Shown here in pieces: positions 48,275 through 59,276 of a DNA stretch of 64,000 nt. The translations under genes and the position numbers were made by a program. The stretch is from Hemiscyllium ocellatum (lineage: Eukaryota), in contig NC_083413.1 in NCBI RefSeq assembly GCF_020745735.1, positions 97,226,796 through 97,290,795 of the forward strand. Reading direction: 5' to 3'. Within the stretch, counting starts at the first letter, position 1. The number at the start of each line of letters is the position of its first letter. The notes below the pieces were generated by a model. The model was not told the DNA's origin. It saw nothing but the letters and a program-made list of their open reading frames with translations, and ran no database searches.

Positions 48275-50260
48275 ATCAAATTGTCTCATCACTTCCTCAA
48301 AGAAGTCAATAAGGCTTGTGAGACATGACCTGTCCCTCACAAAGCCACTGACTATCTTTATTCAAACTATGTTTTTCCAAATAGTCATATATCATTTCTC
48401 TCAGAATCCTTTCCAGTACCTTGCTTACTACAGTCATAAAACTGACTAATCTGTAATGCCCATAGATTTTCCTATTCCCTTTCTTGAAAAGAGGATCAAC
48501 ATTCACCTCCCTCCAATCAGCCGGTACTACTCCCAAGGAGAGTGTGGGTGCAAAGATCATCACCAGACATGCAGCAGTCTCGTTCCTCACTTCCTGTAGT
48601 AACCTTGGATATGTCTGGCTCAGCCCTGGAGACTTGTCTCTCTTGTTGCTTCCCCGAAGTTTCAGCAATTCACTTTCGCAATATCAATCTGTTTAACCCA
48701 ATTAACCTGAATCATGGTGTTCTCAGTATCAACAAGGTCCCTCTCTCTCATGAATACCGAAGTAAAAAACTCATTTAGGACCTCCCCTACCTCTTCAGAA
48801 TCCAGGCACAAGTTCCCTTCACTATCCCTGATTAGCCTTATCCTCTCTCTCATCATTCACTTATTCCTCATTTAAGTGTAGAACGCCTTTGAGTTTTCCC
48901 TAATCCTTCCTGTCAAAGCTTTTTCATGCCTCCCCTCCTAGCTCTCCTCAATCCATTTTTGAGTTCTTTCCTAGCTACCCCATAATCCTCTGAAGCTTTG
49001 TCAGATCCTTGCTTCCTCAACCTTAAGTAAGCTTCCTTCTTCCTCATGACGAGAAGCTCTTCTTGTCTTGTCATCAAATGCTCCTTCACCTTCCCATTCC
49101 TTGTCTGTCTAAGTGGGACAAAGCTATCCAACATTTCTGTTGTGCATTTCCTGTAGATCCAGTGCTTCAGTAGATTAGGTTAGATTACAGTGTGGAAACA
49201 GGCCCTTCAGCCCACCACGTCCACAACAACCCTCTGAAGAATAACCCACCCAGACCCATTTCTGTCTGACTAATGCATCCGACACTATGGGCAATTTAGT
49301 ATAGCCAATTCACCTGATCTGTACATCTTTGGACTGTGGGAGGAAACTGGAGCACCCGGAGGAAACCCAAGCAGACACGGGGACATTGTGCAAACTCTAC
49401 ACAGAAAGTTGCCCGAGGCTGGAATTGAAGATGGGACTCTGGTGCTGTGAGGCAGCAATGCTAACCCCTGAGCCACTGTGCCGCCCAATTGTTCCCAATG
49501 TATACTCTATGATTCCTGCCTAATTACAGTATAATTTCTCCTCCACCAATTAAATGCCTTCCCATTCTATCTATTTCTATCCCTCTCCATGGCTGTGGTA
49601 AAGGTGAGGCAGTTGTGGTCACTGTCACCGAAATGCTCTCCTATCAAGAGATCTAACACCTGGCCTGGCTTGTTGCCCACTACCAAACCAATATGGCCTC
49701 CTGCTAGTTGGTCTAGGGGAATCCTTCCTGGACACACCTCACAAAATTGGCTCAATCTGACCATCTACAGTAAGGAGGTTCCAAACAATCCATCCATAAT
49801 TACAACTGGAGGGCCGGGAGGGGGCACCTGGTACTGACCTCTTTCCTGTTACTGACTGCCACCCATACTGCCTCAGTAGACATACGCTCCTCAACAACCT
49901 TCTTTCCTGCCGCTGTGATGCACTATCTAATTTACAATGCAATGCCCCTTCATCTTTTATCCTCCTCCTTGTTCCTTTTAAAAGATCTAATCCCTGGAAC
50001 AGCCAGCAGCCGTTCCTGCCCCCGTGAAATCCATGTCTCCATTATGGCCACATCAGTTCATCACTTTTATTCCTGACACTCCTTGCAATGAAATGGTACA
50101 ATTTAACCCATTCGATTGCTTTTTCAACTGTGTATCCTTCCTGAGAGACTCTCTGCATTCTATTTCTACCTGTTCAAGAATTACCCTCTCCTCTGATCTG
50201 TAGATCTGTTCCCATCCACTACCAAACTAGTTTAAACCCTCCCGAAGTACTCTAGCACAT
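48275..50260 (-). mobile_element. CR1-type LINE ORF2 middle fragment, interrupted by an HE1 SINE (about 49165-49490)
   Basis: KSPGLSQTYPRLLQEV..PLFKKG; DLLIGEHFGDSDHN (APE C-terminus). Confidence 0.85.
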
Positions 50261-51639
50261 CTCCCATAGTAATTGACAGTAACAAGCCATCCAAATGAGT
50301 TTCCTCCCAAAGTCCAAAGATGTGCAGGTTAGGGTGGATTGGCCATGCTAAATTGCCCATATTGTCCAGGGATATGCAGGCTGGTGGGTTAGCCTTGGGA
50401 AATTCAACATTACAGAATGGGGTCAGTGGCGGGGGCTTTGGTCTAGATGGGAATCTTTTTGGAGGGTCATTGTGGACTTAAAGCGCCGAATGCCCTGCTC
50501 TGTAGGACTTCCATGATTCATTTTTATAATATCACTTATCAGATCTGCGGCGGTAGGTTTGACCAATGTACACAATGGCTTTCACACAAACAGCTGGCTA
50601 TTCTGGTATCAAGCGTAACCAGTTTTTACAATTAGGTTTATAGTCCATTCACATACGCTTCGTTCTGTTCAAAAGGGGAGGATTTCGATGGGAAGTGGAG
50701 AATGTAGCAGCCTACTGGCTGGTAAAACGTACATCGATGGCAAACTTACCCAAAGAGGAAGGGATTCTACGTATATTGGTCAAGTAAAACTTCCAAGTCA
50801 CAAAACACACTCTCCAGACACAGTGCAAACACAGCAGCCAAGTGGTAATGCCATCAGCATAATGTAAAAGGTAACAGTTATCCTGGAGATGGTGATATCT
50901 TCCCCAACAGCACATCAACCAACAAAGGAGGGCCCAGACAGGAAGGCACCCCTGTCCTGCTACACAAAGAAACTAACAGTACCAAGCCATCCAAATGACT
51001 GGCAATGCTTCAAACTATTAACTGACTCTCCTGATTGGCCAGAACGATAGAACATTTTGGAAAAATATTCAAAACCAGGGTTCACCTGCAGACTCGTTTC
51101 TTGAATCTTCTGGAGGCCTTCTGAGGAGACCAGCATGGCAACTGAGAGAGAGAGAGAGAGAGACTGTGTAAATCTACAAGAAATTCAGGAAGTATTGAAG
51201 GCTTAAGGGGCCAAATAAGATTAGAGACAGTATGTCTATAATTAAAGCATATTGTAACATGTTTGCTAAGGAAAGGACCGTTTATATTGGTATCGACTTG
51301 AGTTCAGACTGATTTGGCCGTTTTCAGTATTGTGAGATACCTGGTTACATTCATTCAGAACATTCTGGCTGGAGCTGTGAACTTGTTTTAAGGAGGAACT
51401 AGACAATACCTTCATCTCTGAAATTATCTCATCAACTTCCTCTGAACTGCCTCTAAAGGAATTATCTCCCTTCTCAAGTAAGGGATTGCAATACTCCAGC
51501 TGAGGTTGCTCAATGCTTTCTGCACTTCTCAACTTTTATATTTTTTTCATATAATACATGTCAAAATTCAATTTGCCTTCCTTGCCAGCCATTGTAGATG
51601 CAATGCTAAAGTAAGGTCAGTGATGTATCTGGATGGACA

Positions 51640-52520
51640 ATGACAATACTAGTGAAGTCAGTGATGTTTCCATTGATGGAAATCCATCTTGTTCATGAAG
51701 TCCCCTTCCCTCAGGAAAGGCAGGATGTTCTCCTCACTTGGTCCTTCATGTGATTCCGGATCCTGACCAAATAGGGGTGGGGAATAATGCTGACCTCAGC
51801 AGCAATGCACACATTCAGTGTGTGAGAAGCATCACATTTCAATCAGTGAATCAAATACTCTTGTTTAAAGTGAATCAAATGCTCCCACCCTAGAGAACAG
51901 AAAGACAGCTCTGAGACATATTTTCACACATGAAATAAACCGTCTCGATGCAGCATTGGTTGAAATCATTTGTGAATACGGGACGGGGCTCATGGTATCT
52001 GAGTGGGCAGCATCATCGCTGGCAAATTTCAGGTTCTGTTTCTTGTTATTTCATTATGATATATTGAACAGCAAAGTTCCTTCATAATTGGGATTAAACT
52101 TGCTATCTGTTGTTATAAATTAGTTTGTTCATTTACAGGAGATGAAAACAGCAACAAAGCTAAACAATGCTGTAATCTCAATCTCCCTAAGGAGCTTCCA
52201 CACAATATAAGGAATTTTTTCTGGGAATGCTTCAGCTCAGAGTTTCAAACAAGGAGCTTGTCAGCTGCCTGAAAGGACAGATCACCTCACATGGAAAAAT
52301 GCATCGTCCAATTCAGCTACACCATCCTTGACATCCCTGGTGTGGCATAATGACATTTGAACTTAGTTTAATCTGCTGCTGATCTGCTCTCTCGTTTTAC
52401 CTTTTGAACAATAATGTCTCCAGCTCACTGAGTGGTCAGCCTTATCCAGACATCAGAACAGTGATACCAATCCATTGAGCAGCATTCTTGGTGCAATTCT
52501 CCACGACAGAGATTCCCAAC
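51640..52520 (+). repeat. Local duplicated segment, copy B (partner 34490-35365)
   Basis: See copy A. Confidence 0.85.
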
Positions 52521-53700
52521 ATCTTACCTGGATGTGTTTCAGGAGACAGTCACATCCCTCAGACTAACTAACTGGAATTTGGCCAGTGGTCAGGGACAGA
52601 AGCGTGTGACTGTGAGTGAGGCAGGTAGGGGGATCCAGCAGATACAGTTGTAGGAGCCACCACCCCTGTCCTTGTCCAACAGGTTCAAGAGTATTGCTCC
52701 CTCTGTGGATGGGAATGGAGATGGCAGGGAGGGTGAACTGACTGACTGCAGCAATGTGGTACAGGAAGCCATTCAAGTTGGGGTGGTGGTGGTGGTGGTG
52801 GTGGTGGTGGTGGTGGTGGGGGGGGGGGGGGGGGTGGGGGGGGGGGGGTGGGGAGCGGGGGGAGGTGGTTGCGGAGAAGGGAAATGTTGCTGTAATTGGG
52901 TATAGTATTGTCAGAGGCTGAGAAACTATTTTCTGTGGCCAGGGTCAAAAATCCCGAAGGATTGTGTTGCTTGCTTGGTGCTCAGTTTCAGCTTTTCTCA
53001 TCTGGGCTGCAGAGGAACTTGGAGTGGGAGGGGAAAGACCCAGTGGTAATGGTCCACATAGATACCAAAGATAAAACTGGGGCAGAAGTTCTGCTTAAGG
53101 CAGTACTGACAGCTAGGACCTAAATTAGAAAGCTAAACCAAAAAGGCGATAGTCTCTGGATTACTCCCTGAGCCATGAGCTAATTGCCACACAGTCAATA
53201 AGATTAAGCAGGTACATGCATGGCTGAAAGATTGGTGTGGGAAAAATGGTTTTGAGTTCATGGGACATTGGCATCAGTACTGGAGATGAAGGGATTTATT
53301 CTGATGGGATGGTCTTCATCTGGACCAGAGTCCTAGTGAATCGCATAACTATCACTGCAGATAGGGTGTTAAACTCAATTGGGGTGGGGGTGGGTGGTGT
53401 GGAAGAGAAGGGTTTAGTTACAGGGGAAATTAGAATTAAAGGAGGACGTAAGAGTGCAGAATTCAGGAAAGGTTATTAAAACCTCTAGCACAGAAAGAAA
53501 TAGGACAGAGAGTATGGAAAGGGTTAGCAGTCAAACTTCAAGCACACTGGAATTTGAATGATAATAAGAGGGATGGTTAATACAGGACTAAAGGTGTTAC
53601 GTCTGAATGCATACAGTATAAGAATACGGTAAACGAGCTTGCCACGCAGATCGAAATTGGCAGGTTGTGGACATTATGGAGGTGTGACTACAAGGGGATC
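52521..53700 (+). mobile_element. CR1-type LINE ORF1 (SGNH esterase-like) to start of ORF2, with an expanded (GGT)n/poly-G tract at 52781-52870
   Basis: VAVIGYSIVRG (GDS motif), RNLEWEGKDPVVMVHIDT, LNAYSI (APE start). Confidence 0.8.
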
Positions 53701-54004
53701 AGGATTGGGGGCTTTTATTGAACAGTTGTATTCACTGCTTGTGGTCCACAGAAGGTGTTTATGAATCTTTTTCAGCATCTTGTTGCTAACATTCCCCTCT
53801 GCGTCTTGCCGCCACCACTGACCGGCTGTTGGGAGAAAACCGGATCAGCTCCCATCGCCATCATCAGCATCACACACACTCAGAACATGATGCAGAACTG
53901 CACAGCCGCATTGGTCCCTGTTATGGGAATAGAGGATGTAAACCACTGTGGGGTCTTTTGGGTACCTCTGCTGTCCTTGCTCACCTTGTCAAATTATGTT
54001 GATT

Positions 54005-54581
54005 TAGTTAAAAATCACACAACACCTTGCTACAGTCCAACAGGTTGATTTGGAAGCACTAGCTTTCAGAGCACTGCTCCTTCATCAGGTAGCTACAGAG
54101 CAGGATCATAAGGCACAGAACTTATAGCAAATGATCTCAGTGTCATAGAGCAGAAATAATATATTGAACAAACCCAGATTGTTGTTAGAATGGGTTGCAG
54201 GTTTTGGCTCATTACGATGTAAATCCCATAGCTTCTTTTAAGTAACATTTTTTAGATAACTTAAAGTTTTACAAATAAAGGTGACATCTCAGATCAGATA
54301 ATGCTTTAAAGCTGAGGTTAGTGTCTGTCTGCAACCCAATCTTGAACCAGACTTGTTCTATTTCCAAAGTAGAAATTTCTCGACTGTTACATGGATTGAC
54401 TGCCTGCAGATTGTGTGCTTTTTGAGCAAAATACAATATATCTGCAAATACAATTCTACAAATTCAAATTCACCCCATAACATTATATGTTTGTGTGTGT
54501 GCATGAAAGAGACAGTATATGAATATGTGCATATGAGAGTGTGCATGAGAGAGATTCTGTTTGTGCATGTGCATGCTTGGT

Positions 54582-54672
<91 letters not shown>

Positions 54673-55070
54673 GTGAGATAGAGTATAAGCCTGTCAGAGG
54701 GTGTGTGCATGGGTGTGAGTGTGGGGGATATACGTTTGTGTGTATGAGAGAGAATGTGTGTATGAGAGGGTCCGCATGAGTATGTGAGTATGCAAGATGC
54801 ATGTGTATATCTCTCATACACACAGACATACACCCTTCACACTCACACCTATACACGGACCCTCTCACAGGCTCTCCTCCATCACACTCACACTCACACA
54901 CTCTACCAATCATGCACACACGCAAACATACTCTCTCTCATGCTCATTCACACTATCTCTCTCTCTCTGTAAAAACACACACAAATAAATCTATGGGGTG
55001 TATTTGCATTTACAGAATTGTGTTTACATATACATTCTGCTTTGAAAATAGAAGAGTTACTTCCCGATGA
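54005..55070. mobile_element. Palindromic second-family Penelope derivative with (TG)n/(CA)n core
   Basis: pLTR with hammerhead remnant at 54060-54090; 54420-54480 is an inverted repeat of about 54990-55050. Confidence 0.6.
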
Positions 55071-55577
55071 AGGTCTTATGCCCGAAATGTTGATTCTCTT
55101 GCTCCTTGGATGCTGCCTGATCTGCTGCGCTTTTCCAGCACCACATTCTCGACTCTGATCTCCATGTCCTCATTTTCTTCTTGGAAATAGAAGCAGTCTG
55201 ACTCAAGATTGGGATACAAACAGACTCGAACCTCACAGCTTGACATTGCCGCCTTTGACCTGACAAAGGCCTTTGATACTCTCAACGAGGGAAGTGTTAT
55301 GGAGTGTCCATCTCCACTTTGGCCACACCATGAAGTTTTCCACCGTCCTTCGCCTGCTCCACTATGACAAGGAATTCATGGTAATAACAAATTGTTTCAC
55401 TAACGACCAATTCCCCGTTTGGGACAGTGTCAAGCAGGGCTGTGTCATTGCCCCAATACTGATCTATCTCACTGCAATGCTTCACTTCACCATTGGAGTA
55501 GGGCTAACCTACAGAACCGCTGCAAATGTGTTGCTGGTCAAAGCACAGCAGGCCAGGCAGCATCTCAGGAATAGAGA

Positions 55578-55613
55578 ATTCGACGTTTCGAGCATAAGCC
55601 CTTCATCAGGAAT
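55578..55613 (-). ncRNA. Minimal hammerhead ribozyme motif (3' repeat)
   Basis: Same core and stems as 23289-23324. Confidence 0.8.
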
Positions 55614-55746
55614 AAGAGAGAGAGAGCCAAGCCGGCTGAGATAAAAGGTAGGGAGGAGGGACTAGGGGGAGGGGCGATGGAGGTGGGATAGGTGGAAGGA
55701 GGTCAAGGTGAGGGTGATAGGCCGGAGTGGGGTGGGGGCGGAGAGG

Positions 55747-58700
55747 TCAGGAAGAGGATTGCAGGTTAGGAGGGCGGTGCTGAGTTGAGGGAACCGACTG
55801 AGACAAGGTGGGGGGAGGGGAAATGAGGAAGCTGGAGAAATCTGAATTCATACCTTGTGGTTGGAGGGTTCCCAGGCGGAAGATGAGGCGCTCCTCCTCC
55901 AGCCGTCGTGTAGTTGTGTTCTGCCGGTGGAGGAGTCCAAGGACCTGCATGTCCTCGGTGGAGTGGGAGGGGGAGTTAAAGTGTTGAGCCACGGGGTGAT
56001 TGGGTTGGTTGGTTCGGGCGGCCCAGAGGTGTTCTCTGAAGCGTTCCGCAAGTAAGCGGCCTGTCTCACCAATATAGAGGAGGCCACATCGGGTGCAGCG
56101 GATGCAATAGATGATGTGTGTGGAGGTACAGGTGAACTTGTGGCGGATATGGAAGGATCCCTTGGGGCCTTGGAGGGAAGTGAGTGTGGAGGTGTGGGCG
56201 CAAGTTTTACATTTCCTGCGGTTGCAGGGGAAGGTGCCGGGGGTGGAGGTTGGGTTGGTGGGGGGTGTGGATCTGACAAGGGAGTCACGAAGGGAGTGGT
56301 CCTTGCGGAACGCTGATAGGGGAGGGGAGGGAAATATATCCTTGGTGGTGGGGTCCGTTTGGAGGTGGCGGAAATGGCGGCGGATAATACGTTGTATGCG
56401 CAGGTTGGTGGGGTGGTAGGTGAGAACCAGTGGGGTTCTGTCTTGGTGGCGGTTGGAGGAGCGGGGCTCAAGGGCGGAGGAGCGGGAAGTGGAGGAGATG
56501 CGGTGGAGGGCATCGTCGATCACGTCTGGGGGGAATCTGCGGTCCTTGAAGAAGGAGGCCATCTGGGTTGTGCGGTGTTGGAATTGGTCCTCCTGGGAGC
56601 AGATGCGGCGGAGACGAAGGAATTGGGAATATGGGATGGCGTTTTTACAGGGGGCAGGGTGGGAGGAGGTGTAGTCCAGGTAGCTGTGGGAGTCAGTCGG
56701 TTTATAATAGATGTCTGTGTTGAGTCGGTCGCCCGAGATAGAAATGGAAAGGTCTAGGAAGGGGAGGGAGGAGTCTGAGACAGTCCAGGTGAATTTCAGG
56801 TCGGGATGGAAGGTGTTAGTAAAGTTGATGAACTGTTCAACCTCCTCGTGGGAGCACGAGGCAGCGCCGATACAGTCATCGATGTAGCGGAGGAAAAGGT
56901 GGGGGGTGGTGCCAGTGTAGTTGCGGAAGATGGACTGTTCCACATATCCTACGAAGAGGCAGGCATAGCTGGGGCCCATGCGGGTGCCCATGGCAACTCC
57001 TTTAGTTTGGAGGAAGTGGGAGGATTGAAAAGAGAAGTTATTCAGGGTGAGGACCAGTTCAGTCAGTCGAAGGAGGGTGTCAGTGGAAGGGTACTGGTTA
57101 GTGCGGCGGGAAAGGAAGAAGCGGAGGGCTTTGAGTCCTTCGTGATGGGGGATGGAGGTGTACAGGGACTGGATGTCCATAGTGAAAATAAGGCGTTGGG
57201 GACCGGGGAAGCGAAAATCCTGGAGGAGGTGGAGGGCGTGGGTGGTGTCCCGAACGTAGGTGGGGAGTTCTTGGACTAAAGGGGACAGGACCGTGTCGAG
57301 GTATTGGGAGATGAGTTCGGTGGGGCAGGAGCAGGCTGAGACAATGGGTCGGCCGGGGCAGGCAGGTTTGTGGATTTTGGGCAGGAGGTAGAAACGGGCG
57401 GTGCGGGGTTGTGGGACTATGAGGTTGGAGGCGGTGGATGGGAGATCCCCTGAGGTGATGAGGTCCTGGATGGTCTGGGAGATGATGGTTTGGTGGTGGG
57501 AGGTGGGGTCGTGGTCAAGGGGGCGATAAGAGGAGGCGTCCGCGAGCTGGCGTTTGGCTTCAGCGGTGTACAGGTCAGTGCGCCATACAACCACCGCGCC
57601 TCCCTTGTCTGCGGGTTTGATGGTGAGGTTGGGATTGGAGCGGAGGGAGTGGAGGGCTGCACGTTCTGAGGGTGAGAGGTTGGAGTGGGTGAGAGGGGTG
57701 GACAGGTTGAGTCGGTTGATGTCACGGCGGCAGTTGGCTATAAAGAGGTCGAGGGCGGGTAGGAGGCCTGCACGGGGTGTCCAGGTGGATGGGGTGTGTT
57801 GGAGGCGGGAGAAGGGGTCGTCAGAGGGTGGGCGGGAGTCTTGGTTGTGAAAGTAGGCACGGAGGCGAAGGCGGCGGAAGAATTGTTCAATATCTCGCCG
57901 CGTGTTGAACTCATTAATCCGAGGGCGTAGGGGAACGAAGGTGAGGCCCCTGCTGAGGACTGATCTCTCATCCTCAGAGAGGGGGAGATCTGGAGGGATG
58001 GTGAAAATCCGGCAAGGCTGGGAGCTAGGACCTGGTGTGGGACTGGAGCTGGAGCTGGAGCTGGGGGCGGGGTTAGGGGCGGGGACAGAGATCGAAGTAG
58101 GGGCGGAGTTAGACGTGGTGACGTTGCTCGACGTGGGGGCGGGGTCATGCGTCGTGACGGAAATAAGCGTGGGGGCGGGGTTACGTGAAGCGACGGGAGA
58201 TGGCGTGGGGGCGGGGTTATGGGCGGGGTTATGCGTAGTGACGAAAGACGGCGTGGGGGCGGGGAAACCTGAGGATTTGTGCTCCTGCAGGTTAGTGATG
58301 TCAGTGGGGGCGGAAGTGGCTGCGTCGACGGCAACCGGAGGGGCGGAAATGGTTGCGGCGACGGAGGAGTGGTGGTCATTCCCGGTGGCCGCGTGGGTCG
58401 CGGGTCCGTCGGCGATTGTGGAAGCGGTTGTGTGTGTGGTGGTCACCGGGGCAGTTGTAGGGGCGGCGATCGCGGGGGCTCCGAGGTCGGTGGGGGCGGA
58501 AGTGACGTCACGGTCGGCGGCGGCCTTTGGTGCCGCGGGCGCTGTGGAGGCCACATGTGTAATGGCGTCCGACAGGCCTGTGGAAGGTTCTGGAACAGTT
58601 GAGGGGCCACGAGTGTGGGGGTAAGTACATGAAAGTTTTTGGTACTTACTGTCTTTAATCTCTGATAGGGCTAGGAAGAACTGTTTGTTGAGTTTGTGGA

Positions 58701-59109
58701 TTCTTCTGTAGATGAAGAACAGCAGGGGTCCTTTGCAGGTCTGTCAGAGTGTTGTCCTGAGCTGGGGTAGGGCTGATTGCAGGGAGTGTAGGTAGCGACG
58801 CATGGCTGCAAGGGTGGAGCGGAGGATCCGGAGGGAGGTCTGTTGCTGGAGGCTTCGGATTTGTTGTAGGTACAGGTTGTCCTGGTTGGGTCCAAATTTT
58901 GTTGGTTGGAATGTAGTTCGGAGTCCGTGTGGGATCAGTCGGTTCCTTCGGCAGGTGCTGAGGAAGGAGATGTGGCTGTGGTAACGGGTCTGTTTGAGAA
59001 CGTGGCTGAAGAGCTTCTGTGCAGAGGAGATGACCTGGGGGGTGCAGTGAGAGAGGGACTCACTGAAATCCTTGTAGAGGGAGGAAGAGAGCTTCTTCAA
59101 GGAAGGCAT
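55747..59109 (-). CDS. Penelope polyprotein, 1120 codons (N-terminal domain, Pro/Thr-rich linker, RT, Cys linker, GIY-YIG endonuclease) with a single premature TGA at 58744-58746
   Basis: KPADKGG, GVAMG, LRYIDD, CNRRKCKTC and IIY..YIGET; ORFs 58744-59109 and 55747-58554 are in the same frame; the paralog at 8242-8652 has TCA (Ser) at the stop position. Confidence 0.93.
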
Positions 59110-59240
59110 CCTTGTAAGAGGATTCGCAGTAGGTTAAAATCTTCGAGTAAAAAATGAGGTCTGCAGATGCTGGAGATCACAGCTGCAAATGTGTTGCTGG
59201 TCAAAGCACAGCAGGCCAGGCAGCATCTCAGGAATAGAGA

Positions 59241-59276
59241 ATTCGACGTTTCGAGCATAAGCCCTTCATCAGGAAT
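59241..59276 (-). ncRNA. Minimal hammerhead ribozyme motif (5' repeat)
   Basis: Same core and stems as 23289-23324. Confidence 0.8.

Noticed and set aside
52685-52948. Poly-proline ORF
   Set aside because: Antisense reading of a (GGT)n/poly-G expansion inside CR1 ORF1.
55848-58624. Overlapping 100-240 aa ORFs in other frames and strands of the Penelope gene
   Set aside because: Shadow frames of a GC-rich coding sequence; no independent motifs.
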